Positions 20,838 to 30,626 are shown, counted from the first letter of the stretch. The stretch is DNA of 64,000 nucleotides from Candidatus Latescibacterota bacterium (GCA_965222075.1 OZ244937.1:5088001-5152000), one strand, 5' to 3'. Program-made: numbers and translations. Notes: generated from the sequence alone by a model not told the origin.

Positions 20838-21791
20838 ATGATACGAAAGTTGTGGATCGGATTGATGGTGGCGGGGATCTGCGTCTTGCTCTACCCGCAA
20901 TTCGCAGGTGCCCAGAGCCAAAGCCGGGACGCACGGGTGGTCCTGTCCTTTCTGAAGATCGACCACGGGGCGCGGATGGTTGGGATGGGTGGGTCGTTCG
21001 TGGCCATCGCAGACGATATAGATGCCATCTTTTCCAACGTGGCCGGCTTGACGCATATCGAGCGGGCCGGGTTCTCGCTCGGCTACACGCGCTGGTTGTT
21101 CGGCGATGGGATCTATTCGGGCGGATTTGCCTACAACACACCGCACGGGGTCCTGGGGCTCAGTGTGGTGGGGTTCAAACCCGAGTCGTTCGAAGAGACG
21201 ACCATTTTCCAGCCCCAGGGCACAGGCCGGGAGCCCGATATGGGCGACATCTCCATCGGTCTGGCCTACGCCAGTAAACTGACCGACAGGCTATCGGTAG
21301 GGACGTTGCTCCGCTGGACGCAGGAGACCCTGGATACCGACAACCTGAGTGTGTTGGACTTTTCGGTGTCGACGCTGTTCTACACCGGTTTTAGGAGCCT
21401 GCGCCTGGGGATGGCCTTCGAGAACCTGGGGAAGGACCTGACGCTTGTCGAGAACCGCGCGAGCATGCCGGTCTCTTTCACCATCGGCGGAGCGATGGAG
21501 ATTTTGGGCGAAAAGGGCGACCAGACGTATCTGACGGTGACGGGCGAGAACTACTACGCCACAGATGCCGCCAAGGTGCAATATCGGATGGGTGGAGAGC
21601 TGTGGTTCCAGAAGACGCTCGCCCTGCGCGGTGGATACAAGGTCAACTTCGATGAAGAGACCTTCTCTGTCGGGGCAGGGTTTAAGTTCAACCTCGCAGA
21701 GGGACAGGAGCTTCGCGTGGATGTCTCGTATACCGATTTCGGCACGTACCTGGACGCTCCGATCCGGTTTACGGTGGGCGGGTCGTTTTAG
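20838..21791 (+). CDS. PorV/PorQ family outer-membrane protein
   Basis: FLKIDHGARMVGMGGSFVAIADDIDAIFSNVAGL N-terminal motif; terminal Phe. Confidence 0.85.
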   Translation: MIRKLWIGLMVAGICVLLYPQFAGAQSQSRDARVVLSFLKIDHGARMVGMGGSFVAIADDIDAIFSNVAGLTHIERAGFSLGYTRWLFGDGIYSGGFAYNTPHGVLGLSVVGFKPESFEETTIFQPQGTGREPDMGDISIGLAYASKLTDRLSVGTLLRWTQETLDTDNLSVLDFSVSTLFYTGFRSLRLGMAFENLGKDLTLVENRASMPVSFTIGGAMEILGEKGDQTYLTVTGENYYATDAAKVQYRMGGELWFQKTLALRGGYKVNFDEETFSVGAGFKFNLAEGQELRVDVSYTDFGTYLDAPIRFTVGGSF

Positions 21792-21912
21792 ATCACGAAG
21801 GACACGAAGTCACATCCCGCAACCCTGTGGGGTGGGAGGGTCAGAGAAGGAGTACGGACGGAGGAGCACAGAGCTCTCCACACAGAAGGCTATGGAACCG
21901 CAGGTTTATATT

Positions 21913-21946
21913 GAAAGGCAGCCTGTAAAAAGGCTGCCTTTCTTTT
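21913..21946 (+). terminator. Intrinsic terminator after the porV-like gene
   Basis: Perfect 12-bp stem GAAAGGCAGCCT/AGGCTGCCTTTC, 6-nt loop, T-run. Confidence 0.75.
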
Positions 21947-22035
21947 GACCACCTCTCGGGCATCGGTGGAAGGAGATTCGGGATCAGGTGGACCGGGCAT
22001 GGAAACGGCATCTGCACAAGTGGAAGGTTTAAGGG

Positions 22036-24039
22036 GTGGAAGGTTCAGCACAGAGAGGCCAGAGAAACAGAGCTGAAGAGAGCCGCACACCAGAGGAGGC
22101 GGTTGCCGGAAGAGACGGTCTGACCCTTCGGGCGTTCCTGGTCGGGCTTTCCCTGTGCGCCACCTTAGGGATAGGGCTGACATACAACCGGATGGTGGTA
22201 CAGGGGCCCTTTATGGGGTCCTATTATATGGACCGGGGCGTGCTGTTTGTCTTTTTCTGCCTGGTGCTGGTGGTCAATCCCCTTCTGGCTTCGCTGAAGC
22301 GCCGCTACGCGCTGGGGCGGGGCGAACTTCTGGCCATCTATGTGATGGTTCTGTTTCTGATGCCCTCCTGGAAGATGACCAAGGCGCTGCTGGGGTTTAT
22401 GACCGGGGTGACCTACTATGCCTCGCCGGAGATGCGCCACTTAGAGGCGGTGCTGCCCAATGCCCTTCCCTGGCTGTCTGTTCTGGATACGGAGGCGGTG
22501 CGGGGGCTGTATGATGGACTGTCGAAGGGCGCTTCCGTGCCATGGCAGGCGTGGGTCGTTCCGCTGTGGAGCTGGGGGGCATTCCTGGTCGTGCTGTACC
22601 TGGTGCTGGTCTGTATGGCAGTCGTGATGCGGAAGCAGTGGGAGGAGCACGAGCGATTTGCGTTTCCGATTATGCAGGTGCCGCTGGAGATGAGCGCGGC
22701 GGGAGTGGGGAAAGTAGGGCCGCTGTTCAGGAACCGGATGATGTGGGGAGGGTTCGCGGTTCCGTTTACGATCGGTTTGTTGAATGGGCTTCACCGGTAT
22801 TACTACTCATTGCCTCAGATCAAATTGAGGACGACGATCTGGATCTTCCGCCGCGCGGTTCCGGTGCATATCGGTCTTCATTTTGCGATTCTGGGGTATT
22901 CGTATTTTGTGAATACGGACGTGAGTTTGAGCATCTGGCTGTTCAATGTGATTGCCAAGTGCATCAGTGGGACACTTGCGATTCTGGGGATGGAGACCTA
23001 TGGCGTATCCGGCGTGGTGGGACGTCACAGTTCTCAGGGGTCGGAATTCCTGGCGATGATGGGGATGGGGTATATGCTCGCTCTGGCGGGCTATAGCCTG
23101 TGGATTGCGCGGGGGCACCTTCGGGAGGTGTGGAACAGGGCACTGGGACGGCCGTCGCGGTTGGACGATTCGGATGAGGTGATCCCATACCGCACTGCGG
23201 TGGTGGGCCTCCTTGCGGGAACGCTGTATCTGGGATGCTGGCTCTACCAGGCGGGTATTTCTCCCCATCTGGTCCTGCTGCTGGGCTTTATCAGTTTCGT
23301 CGTATTCCTGGTTCTGGCCCGGATCGTGAGTGAGACGGGGTATTCGGTGACGTATTCGCCGCTGAATCCGTCGGAGTTTGTGGTGTGCGCGGTGGGTTCT
23401 ACGGCGTTCAGTCCGACGGGGCTGTCGACGCTCGGGTTCAGTTTTGCGTGGACGATGACGCGGCTGAATACGCTGATGCCCCGAGCGTCGGGAGCGCTGC
23501 GACTGGCGCGGGAGATTGGCCGGAAGCGGGGGCTGGTCCTGGCGATGGGCGCTGCGCTGGCCGTGGGTTTGATCGCTGCGAGCTATATGACGCTCAAGCT
23601 GGGGTATGCGCACGGCGGCCGAAATCTGGACTACTGGTTCCGGGACGTGAACGATTGCGCGTTGCCGTTCGACGAATATATCGGACGCCGGCTGCTGTCG
23701 CCGAGTCCGATTTTTTACAAGGGATTTCTGTATACCGGGCTGGGAGCAGGCGTCGTGGCGGTTCTGATGGCGCTTCGGACGCGGCTGCCGTGGTGGCCGC
23801 TGCACCCGGTGGCGCTGCCGGTGAGTACGATCGCGTATACGCATAGCTACTTTTTCAGCGTGTTTCTGGCCTGGGGGATCAAGGCACTGGTGCTGCGGTT
23901 TGGTGGGGCGAATCTGTACCGGGCGACGAGGACGTTCTTTACAGGCATCATTCTGGGGGAGGCGGTCTGTCTGGGGATGTGGATCGTCATTGACAGCTTA
24001 ACCGGCAAAGTGGGCGGGATCTGGATCCTGCAACCCTGA
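22036..24039 (+). CDS. Polytopic inner-membrane putative transporter (DUF6785/DUF6784-like)
   Basis: Many TM segments; VPWQAW, RKQWEEHERFAFPI, WWPLHPV, AWGIKALVLRFGG motifs; start uncertain. Confidence 0.75.
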   Translation: MEGSAQRGQRNRAEESRTPEEAVAGRDGLTLRAFLVGLSLCATLGIGLTYNRMVVQGPFMGSYYMDRGVLFVFFCLVLVVNPLLASLKRRYALGRGELLAIYVMVLFLMPSWKMTKALLGFMTGVTYYASPEMRHLEAVLPNALPWLSVLDTEAVRGLYDGLSKGASVPWQAWVVPLWSWGAFLVVLYLVLVCMAVVMRKQWEEHERFAFPIMQVPLEMSAAGVGKVGPLFRNRMMWGGFAVPFTIGLLNGLHRYYYSLPQIKLRTTIWIFRRAVPVHIGLHFAILGYSYFVNTDVSLSIWLFNVIAKCISGTLAILGMETYGVSGVVGRHSSQGSEFLAMMGMGYMLALAGYSLWIARGHLREVWNRALGRPSRLDDSDEVIPYRTAVVGLLAGTLYLGCWLYQAGISPHLVLLLGFISFVVFLVLARIVSETGYSVTYSPLNPSEFVVCAVGSTAFSPTGLSTLGFSFAWTMTRLNTLMPRASGALRLAREIGRKRGLVLAMGAALAVGLIAASYMTLKLGYAHGGRNLDYWFRDVNDCALPFDEYIGRRLLSPSPIFYKGFLYTGLGAGVVAVLMALRTRLPWWPLHPVALPVSTIAYTHSYFFSVFLAWGIKALVLRFGGANLYRATRTFFTGIILGEAVCLGMWIVIDSLTGKVGGIWILQP

Positions 24040-24063
24040 CCGGTTCTGGAGAAGAGCGCCTCA

Positions 24064-24414
24064 ATGAGCATTGCTCTGGATACGACCCACCGTCAGCGGG
24101 TGCTTTTCGTGGATATGCAGGAGGTCGAGTCGCTCCACGGCGCCGAGCGGGTGGTCAACACGGCCACCAAATGCCCGCACAACCCCATCCTCGCGCTCGG
24201 CCAGATCGATGAATGGGACGCGATGCAGGCGAGGCCGTGGCCCGGTGGGGTGATGTACGACCCGGCGCACAGGCTGTTCAAGATGATCTACTCGGGCATC
24301 GGACACGTCCGCCGGCGGGACTGGCAGGAGGGTTACGCGGAGAGCGCCGACGGCGTCAACTGGATCAAGCCGCGAATCGGCCGGTACGAATGGCTGGGAA
24401 GTAGTGAAAGTTGA
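24064..24414 (+). pseudogene. Truncated beta-propeller protein (N-terminal fragment)
   Basis: KCPHNPIL..EWD..VMYDP..LFKM..YAESADGVNWIKP matches the N-terminus of 35624-37150 but stops after one blade. Confidence 0.65.
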
Positions 24415-24512
24415 GCGGATACAACTGCGTATCCGACTGTATGGCCGTGCGAAGCTCTACAGCTTCGCGTTTGTTTCTGTGTCATAGCCAGACTTCAGGG
24501 AGGAAAACAGCG

Positions 24513-25466
24513 ATGGCGGAAAATCTGAAAAAGACCGGATACGCTGCTCCGAACCCCGGATTCGGATTCTCAGATGTTCCCCAAACTGAACCGGAGTTTC
24601 CTTTTCCGGCGCTGACCCTGGAAGAGAGAATGCGGTTCGAGTTATTCGGCTACACGATTGTGGAGGATCTGTTTACCGAGCAGGAGCTTCAGTCGATTGA
24701 AGCCGCGGCGAACAGGACGAAGGAGGAGATCCTTTCGGCGGCCGGCTCTTGCACCCTCGATCCGCCTCCGGCCCCGAGAAAATACGATGATTTCAGGGAG
24801 GGGGCGATCTGGCGGGCGAATCGAAGAAGGACGGCTTCGGGCGACCTTCACCTCGAACGACTGGAGATTGAGAATGTTCTTGGACTTGACCCCATTTACC
24901 TGTCTGTGCTGACCAAACCGCGCGTGCTGGGGATTGCGACGGAACTGCTTGGGGGGACGTTCCGATTCTTCTCGGTTGGCGTTCGTTTCAACCGGCGTTC
25001 CGAAACACCCGTCCTGGGATGGCACGGAGGCGTGACCCGCCACAAGGACCGGGCGGTGTGCATGAACGGCTGGTTCCATACGCAGATTCTCGGGATCATT
25101 CTCTATCTCACGGACGTGGGTCCCGGTGACGGTGGTACCGGAATCTTTGCGGGAAGCCACAGACTTTCTCTGTCCTACGATGACCTGAAACAGTACATAA
25201 CGGATCATCCGGATTCCGAGTTCTTCCACCAGACGACCGCCAAACGGGGATCCGTACTGCTGTTTGCCGACGGGCCGCTCATGCACCGGACCATCAACAT
25301 TGAAACAGACAAAGAACGTCTCATCATGATCTCGCGGCTGGTCCATTCAGACTATGAATTCGGTAATACCAGGTCGGTTGGACGGACCGATCAGGTGCCG
25401 CACGATGTGATGCCGCTGTTTTACGGCCGCGCCTTTACACCCAGGTATCGACCGCAGGGGGAATAG
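24513..25466 (+). CDS. Phytanoyl-CoA dioxygenase (PhyH) family Fe(II)/2OG enzyme, H-x-G variant
   Basis: FELFGY, WHGG, YLTDVGPGDGGT..AGSHR, GSVLLF...MHR; GGAGG RBS before ATG 24513. Confidence 0.8.
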   Translation: MAENLKKTGYAAPNPGFGFSDVPQTEPEFPFPALTLEERMRFELFGYTIVEDLFTEQELQSIEAAANRTKEEILSAAGSCTLDPPPAPRKYDDFREGAIWRANRRRTASGDLHLERLEIENVLGLDPIYLSVLTKPRVLGIATELLGGTFRFFSVGVRFNRRSETPVLGWHGGVTRHKDRAVCMNGWFHTQILGIILYLTDVGPGDGGTGIFAGSHRLSLSYDDLKQYITDHPDSEFFHQTTAKRGSVLLFADGPLMHRTINIETDKERLIMISRLVHSDYEFGNTRSVGRTDQVPHDVMPLFYGRAFTPRYRPQGE

Positions 25467-25519
25467 GACGAGGGACGAGGGAGGGACGGCAGTAGCGACG
25501 ACGGACGGAGGAAGAAAAG

Positions 25520-26797
25520 GTGGCAGAGCGTGTCCCAAAGGTTGAGACGTGGTATGTGCCCCGCATCTGCGGGGTTGATCCGACCGGGCAGAGGGTTTCG
25601 TTAAGAACCGGGGAAGGTGTGGGGCTGCGTCTGGAAGTGGAGCCCTATCAATGTCTGCCGAAGAAGCAGGACTGGCAGCGCCTGTCCGAGCCGATCCTGT
25701 CGGCCACCAGGACGCAGCAGGACTGGTGCCGGGTGATCCTCTACATGCCCTGCGTGCTGAGGGCGGACGGGATCTACAAGATGTGGTATGTGGGGAGTTC
25801 CGATCACGCGCGAACGCCTTCCTGCATCCACCTGGGGTATGCCGTGTCAACGGATGGGTTGCGCTGGGAGGCGTATCCGGACAATCCGATTGTGACCGAC
25901 GATGCGATTCCCTGGGGACGGTATTTCCAGACGCCTTATGTCCTTTACGATTTGCAGGAGAAGATCTACAAGATGTGGTTTACGGCTGTGGATGAGGGGG
26001 ATGCGGAGGGCAGCCCGTGGTTGAACCAGCGGATAGGGTATGGCGAGAGTCCGGACGGGATTTCGTGGACGTTCCGTGCGGAGCCGGTGTTCCACGTGGG
26101 GAGACGTCCATGCGTGTTGAAACTGGACGATGGGACGTACCGGATGTGGGTGAACGCGCCGTCGAAGGAGGCTCCGGATTTGAAGATGACTGAAAACATC
26201 ATTTCGGTCCGTTCTGAGGACGGTCTGCATTGGGAAGAGGAAGGGGACGCGGTCCGGTACGGCGGGATCTATCGCTCTTGCGTGTATCCTTTTGTGATGC
26301 GTGACCGGGGCGAGCTGGTGGTGTGGTTTGGCGGTCACCGGGCGGGTGGAACTTTCGATATTTCGTTCGGGCGCGCTCGCGACGGCAGCACCTGGTACTA
26401 CCAGAACGACATGCCGATTTTTCCGGCGAACCCGGGTAGGGAAACGTTTGACGCTCGGTACACGTCTACCCCCCACGTGTTGAAGCTGCCGGGCAAGTAT
26501 GTGATGTACTATTCCGCCCGGGATCTGGATGATGGGTGGGTCGCTCCGGACGGCTCGCATCAGCAGGACAGTGCAGGGGTCTATCGCCACATCGGGTGCG
26601 CGGAGCTGCCTGTTTCCGAGGTCGAAGATCCGAGGCTTCGGTTTTCGTGGTCGGTGGACGGGAAGGTGATACCTGGAGAGGGCAGGTCGCTGTGGTTTGA
26701 GGGAGAGAGGTCCGGCAGGCATACGGTGACCTGTCGCGTGGAGAATACCAACGGTTCTGCGGCGTACACATGGGATGTGGAGGTAGAGGATGGATAG
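25520..26797 (+). CDS. Beta-propeller glycoside-hydrolase-like protein with Ig/PKD-like flanking segments
   Basis: Paralog of 13236-14264 (QDWCRV, GRRPCV, YTSTP, YYSARD, YRHIG) plus C-terminal FSWSVDG...HTVTCRVEN...WDVEV. Confidence 0.75.
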   Translation: MAERVPKVETWYVPRICGVDPTGQRVSLRTGEGVGLRLEVEPYQCLPKKQDWQRLSEPILSATRTQQDWCRVILYMPCVLRADGIYKMWYVGSSDHARTPSCIHLGYAVSTDGLRWEAYPDNPIVTDDAIPWGRYFQTPYVLYDLQEKIYKMWFTAVDEGDAEGSPWLNQRIGYGESPDGISWTFRAEPVFHVGRRPCVLKLDDGTYRMWVNAPSKEAPDLKMTENIISVRSEDGLHWEEEGDAVRYGGIYRSCVYPFVMRDRGELVVWFGGHRAGGTFDISFGRARDGSTWYYQNDMPIFPANPGRETFDARYTSTPHVLKLPGKYVMYYSARDLDDGWVAPDGSHQQDSAGVYRHIGCAELPVSEVEDPRLRFSWSVDGKVIPGEGRSLWFEGERSGRHTVTCRVENTNGSAAYTWDVEVEDG

Positions 26798-28664
26798 ATC
26801 GGTGATTCTGGCTGCAGACCGCCGGGCGCGATGTGCGGTGGAGGTGTCGGCGGAGCCGACGGTGGCGGAAGTGACGGCCGGGGAAGAGCTGGTGCGCTAC
26901 CTGAGGAAGCTGGGCGGTGTGTCCATCGGACTGCACCGGGGGGAGAATAGCCGCGCGCCCGTGCGGATTCTGGTGGGGGCGCGCGCCCGGGAGGAGGCGG
27001 GCGACCTGCCGGTGGATGAGGTGCGGGATGACGGGTTTGTGCTGTGCGTATCGCCCGACAGGGTCGCGCTGGCAGGCGCCAACGACAGGGGCACGCTGTA
27101 TGCGGCGTATGAGTTGATCGAGCGGCTGGGTGTCCGGTGGTACGGCCCGAACCCTGAGGATGAGTACGTGCCCGCCGCGGGGGACCTGGCGCTTCCCGAG
27201 GGGACGGCGGTGATCAACCCGTCGTTCCGGTTCCGGTTCCTCCGGTGCCTCTTCTCGGCGATGGTCGGGCTGGGAGCATCGGGAATGTGGCAACCCTTTT
27301 CGTCTCCCCGGCGGGAGCAGTTGCTGGACTGGGGCGTAAAGAACCGGCTGAATGCGGGTCTATGGCCCTTTGACGATCCGGACGTCACGTCCTTCTTCGG
27401 CTGGCGCGGCGGCGTGGCGTGCGTGGACCACGCTCACGCCCTGCCATATATGGTGCCGCCTGGCGAATACTGGGAGTCTAACCCGGAATACTTCGCAGTC
27501 GACGAACACGGCGAGTTGTTCGAGAGAAGGCCGAACGAATACGGGATGCACGTGTGCACGTCGAATCCCGACGTCCTGGACCTGGTGGTCCGGAAGGCCC
27601 TTGAGACGATGGAACGCGACCCGGATGCGGGCTTCGTGAGCATTTCCCAGGCGGACGGCCAATTCCATTGCCGGTGCCCGGCCTGCCTGTCGAAGTGTAA
27701 CCAGGGCTCGCTGGTATTTCTGGGCGAGGAGCAGATTATCCGGACCGATTGTATGGTGGACTTCGCCAACCGGGTGGCGGAACGGTTCTGCGGGAGCTGG
27801 CCGGACCGGAACCTCATGATCCTGGGACACCATCAGACGATCCCGCCGCCGACGATTGCCGTGCATCCGAACGTGATGGTCAAGCTGGCCTGTTCGCCGC
27901 ATGGGTTCGTGTCGTTCAACCGGCCCCTCGAGGATCCCGCGGGGAACCACTTTATCTTCCAGAGGGCCGTGGAGGGATGGGCAGCCACGGGTACGCCGCT
28001 GACCTATTACGGGTACAACCCGCACAGTTCGTTTGCCCATGCCCCCTTTTCGGCGGGGCGGAGGTTTCACCAGGACATCAGGTGGTTGCATCGGCACGGC
28101 TTTGTCGGCGCTGAATTTCAGGGTGAGGGCACGCTGTGGGGGTTCTACGGGCTGAACCATGTGGTCCAGTCCCGGACGATGTGGGATGTAGATGTGGATT
28201 TCGACGCGCTTCAGCGGGACTATTTCCGCTGTCTGTACGGGGCTGCGGCCGAACCGGTGCAGGCGCTGCACGAGGCGTTCGAGCGGGCGGTTGTGGAACA
28301 GGAGCCTATGATGAAGGGCTTTGGCGTGTTTCTTTCGCCAGAGGTGATCGCCCGGGGGAAGGCTCTGATTCGAGAGGGCCGCGAAGCGGAGGTGTCGGAT
28401 GAGGTCCAGGTTCGTCTGGACATCCTGGCCGCGCAGGTGGAGTACGGGGACCGGCTGATGGGCGCCAGGCGAGCGGCGGAGACGTACAACCGGACGAGGG
28501 ACCCGGACCATTTGAAGCGACTGGTGCGTGAACGGGATGCCATTTTGAGCTATATCGAGGCAAACCCCGTGGATGGCGCCTATCATCTGGGTGGCATCGG
28601 AGGGGAGCGAGGGAATATAAACGGCTACTTGATGGGGCATTTTGGGGGGATAGATAAGATTTAA
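26790..28664 (+). CDS. DUF4838-like protein with GH67/GH20-type N-terminal domain
   Basis: RGTLYAAYELIERLGVRWY, PSFRFR, PEYFA, CTSNP, CRCPAC. Confidence 0.75.
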   Translation: MDRSVILAADRRARCAVEVSAEPTVAEVTAGEELVRYLRKLGGVSIGLHRGENSRAPVRILVGARAREEAGDLPVDEVRDDGFVLCVSPDRVALAGANDRGTLYAAYELIERLGVRWYGPNPEDEYVPAAGDLALPEGTAVINPSFRFRFLRCLFSAMVGLGASGMWQPFSSPRREQLLDWGVKNRLNAGLWPFDDPDVTSFFGWRGGVACVDHAHALPYMVPPGEYWESNPEYFAVDEHGELFERRPNEYGMHVCTSNPDVLDLVVRKALETMERDPDAGFVSISQADGQFHCRCPACLSKCNQGSLVFLGEEQIIRTDCMVDFANRVAERFCGSWPDRNLMILGHHQTIPPPTIAVHPNVMVKLACSPHGFVSFNRPLEDPAGNHFIFQRAVEGWAATGTPLTYYGYNPHSSFAHAPFSAGRRFHQDIRWLHRHGFVGAEFQGEGTLWGFYGLNHVVQSRTMWDVDVDFDALQRDYFRCLYGAAAEPVQALHEAFERAVVEQEPMMKGFGVFLSPEVIARGKALIREGREAEVSDEVQVRLDILAAQVEYGDRLMGARRAAETYNRTRDPDHLKRLVRERDAILSYIEANPVDGAYHLGGIGGERGNINGYLMGHFGGIDKI

Positions 28665-28671
28665 GATCCGG
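28580..28671 (+). repeat. 92-bp direct repeat copy A (3' end of DUF4838-like gene)
   Basis: Matches 29763-29854 with 8 substitutions counted by eye. Confidence 0.9.
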
Positions 28672-28734
28672 CGAAGGAAGAATTAAGAAGATCACCAATC
28701 GAGGATACTCGAGGACAGCAAGAGGAGTGACCCC

Positions 28735-29679
28735 ATGAATACAGCAACGCTTCAAAAGCCCGGCACCATTGTATTCACAGACCGTCCTCCTGAACAACCT
28801 GAACCGGAGTTTCCCTTTCCGGCCCTGACGTTGGAAGAGAGGATGCGTTTCGAGTTATTCGGCTACACGATTGTGGAGGATCTGTTTACCGAACAGGAAC
28901 TCCAGTCGATTGAAGCCGCGGCGAACAGGGCAAAAGAGGAGATCCTCGCGACAGTCGGTGCTCGCACCTTCAAGCCGCCACCGCCCCCTAAAAAATACGA
29001 TGATTTCAAAGCGGGCGCAATCTGGCGGGGGCTCCGGACAAAGACGGCTTCGGGTGAACTTTATCTCCACCGTCTGCTGATCGAGCAGGTGCTTGGACTG
29101 GACCCCATTTTTCTGTCTGTCCTGACCAGGCCCCGTGTGCTGGGGATTGCGACGGAACTGCTTGGCGGGACATTCCGATTCCTCTCGGTTGCCGTTCGGT
29201 TCAACCGGCGTTCCGACCACCCCGATCTGGGATGGCACGGCGGTGTGAGCCGGTTTAAAGACCGGGTGGTGTGCAAAAACGGCTGGTTTCATACGCAGAT
29301 TCTCGGGATGATCCTCTTTCTCACGGACATCGGTCCGGAGGATGGCGGTACGGGATTCTTTGCGGGAAGCCATCGGCTGGACCTGCCCTACGATGCCCTG
29401 AAACAGTACATAACGGATCATCCGGATTCCGAATTCTTCCATCAGGTGGTGGCCAAACGGGGGTCTGCACTGCTTTTTGCCGACGGACCCCTTATGCACC
29501 GGACCATCCCCATTCAGAGCGATAAAGAACGCCTCATCATGCTCTCGCGGCTGGTCCATTCTGACTATGAGGCTGGTCATACAGAACCGGTTGGCTGCGT
29601 TGACCACGTTCCTCCCGATCTCATGCCGCTGTTTTACGGCCGCGCCTTTACACCCAGATATCGACCGCGGGGGGAATAG
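28735..29679 (+). CDS. PhyH family Fe(II)/2OG enzyme, H-x-G variant (close paralog of 24513-25466)
   Basis: Long identical stretches (EPEFPFPALTLEERMRFELFGY...FYGRAFTPRYRP); WHGG. Confidence 0.8.
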   Translation: MNTATLQKPGTIVFTDRPPEQPEPEFPFPALTLEERMRFELFGYTIVEDLFTEQELQSIEAAANRAKEEILATVGARTFKPPPPPKKYDDFKAGAIWRGLRTKTASGELYLHRLLIEQVLGLDPIFLSVLTRPRVLGIATELLGGTFRFLSVAVRFNRRSDHPDLGWHGGVSRFKDRVVCKNGWFHTQILGMILFLTDIGPEDGGTGFFAGSHRLDLPYDALKQYITDHPDSEFFHQVVAKRGSALLFADGPLMHRTIPIQSDKERLIMLSRLVHSDYEAGHTEPVGCVDHVPPDLMPLFYGRAFTPRYRPRGE

Positions 29680-29762
29680 GGCGACAGACGATATGGCCTG
29701 ATCAGGACCCTTCACGGACATGCTTTTAGATTGATGGAAGGATGCCGACTCGTGTCCACGGA

Positions 29763-29854
29763 CTATCATCTGGGCGGAATCGGAGGGGAGCGGGGGAATA
29801 TAAACGGCTACTTGATGGGGCACCTGTGGGGGATAGATGAGATTTAAGATCCGG
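29763..29854 (+). repeat. 92-bp direct repeat copy B (orphan DUF4838 3' remnant)
   Basis: Encodes YHLGGIGGERGNINGYLMGH..GIDEI* with no upstream gene body. Confidence 0.9.
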
Positions 29855-29894
29855 ATGCCTGATTGGACGATAGGCGACAAGGAGGGAGACACAG

Positions 29895-30626
29895 ATGTTT
29901 GGAGACGCGGTTGGGCTGAAGAAGCAGATCCGTGACGGGGAGCGGATTGTCGGGGTGGGGGTGCCAGTAGATGTTGAACGAGAGCGGTTGCAGGCGATTC
30001 TGGGGAGGGACGACTACGCTTTCGTCTCGGTCGACAGCCAGCATTCGCCGCTCAGCGAAGAACGGCTGGTTGCGTTCTGCGGGATGGCGGAAGAGCTGGA
30101 CGTATTTGTCCAGTTCCGGATCAAACATACGCGGAATGCGTACCTGATTGGAAACTACCTGGACCTGGGACCGTGCGGGGTGGAGGTGCCGCAGACGGAG
30201 CTGGATTCGACGGTGGAGGAAGCGCAGCATGCCTTTTACTATCCGCCCCAGGGAGGACGGAGTTTTGGCGGGATGACGCGGCGGGAAACAGAGGGGAAGC
30301 GTCCGGAGGAGTACGGGGCGTGGTGGAACCGTTTCGGGGTGCTCTGGATGCAGATCGAATCGGTAGAGGCGACGACGAGGGCGCACCTGTGGGCGGAGAG
30401 ATGGCCGGGGGTGGACTGCGTATCGATCGGGCCGACGGATATGACGTTCAATATCAAGTCGCATCCGAACCACGCACTCCAGTCAGTTGATGATTGTATC
30501 GGGTACCTGGGCAAGTCGCTGGAAGGTACGCGCCTGAGGATCTGCCACCGGAACGGGACACCGGAGACACGGGAGAAGTACGCCGATCTGGGAGTGACGG
30601 TATTTCTGGAGCGTCCGCAGGACTGA
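29895..30626 (+). CDS. HpcH/HpaI aldolase family protein
   Basis: VDSQHSP, LDLGPCGVEVP, YYPPQGGRSFG, QIES, IGPTD. Confidence 0.85.
   Translation: MFGDAVGLKKQIRDGERIVGVGVPVDVERERLQAILGRDDYAFVSVDSQHSPLSEERLVAFCGMAEELDVFVQFRIKHTRNAYLIGNYLDLGPCGVEVPQTELDSTVEEAQHAFYYPPQGGRSFGGMTRRETEGKRPEEYGAWWNRFGVLWMQIESVEATTRAHLWAERWPGVDCVSIGPTDMTFNIKSHPNHALQSVDDCIGYLGKSLEGTRLRICHRNGTPETREKYADLGVTVFLERPQD

Noticed and set aside
28580-29854. Diversity-generating retroelement TR/VR pair
   Set aside because: The mismatches are not adenine-specific and there is no reverse transcriptase in the window.
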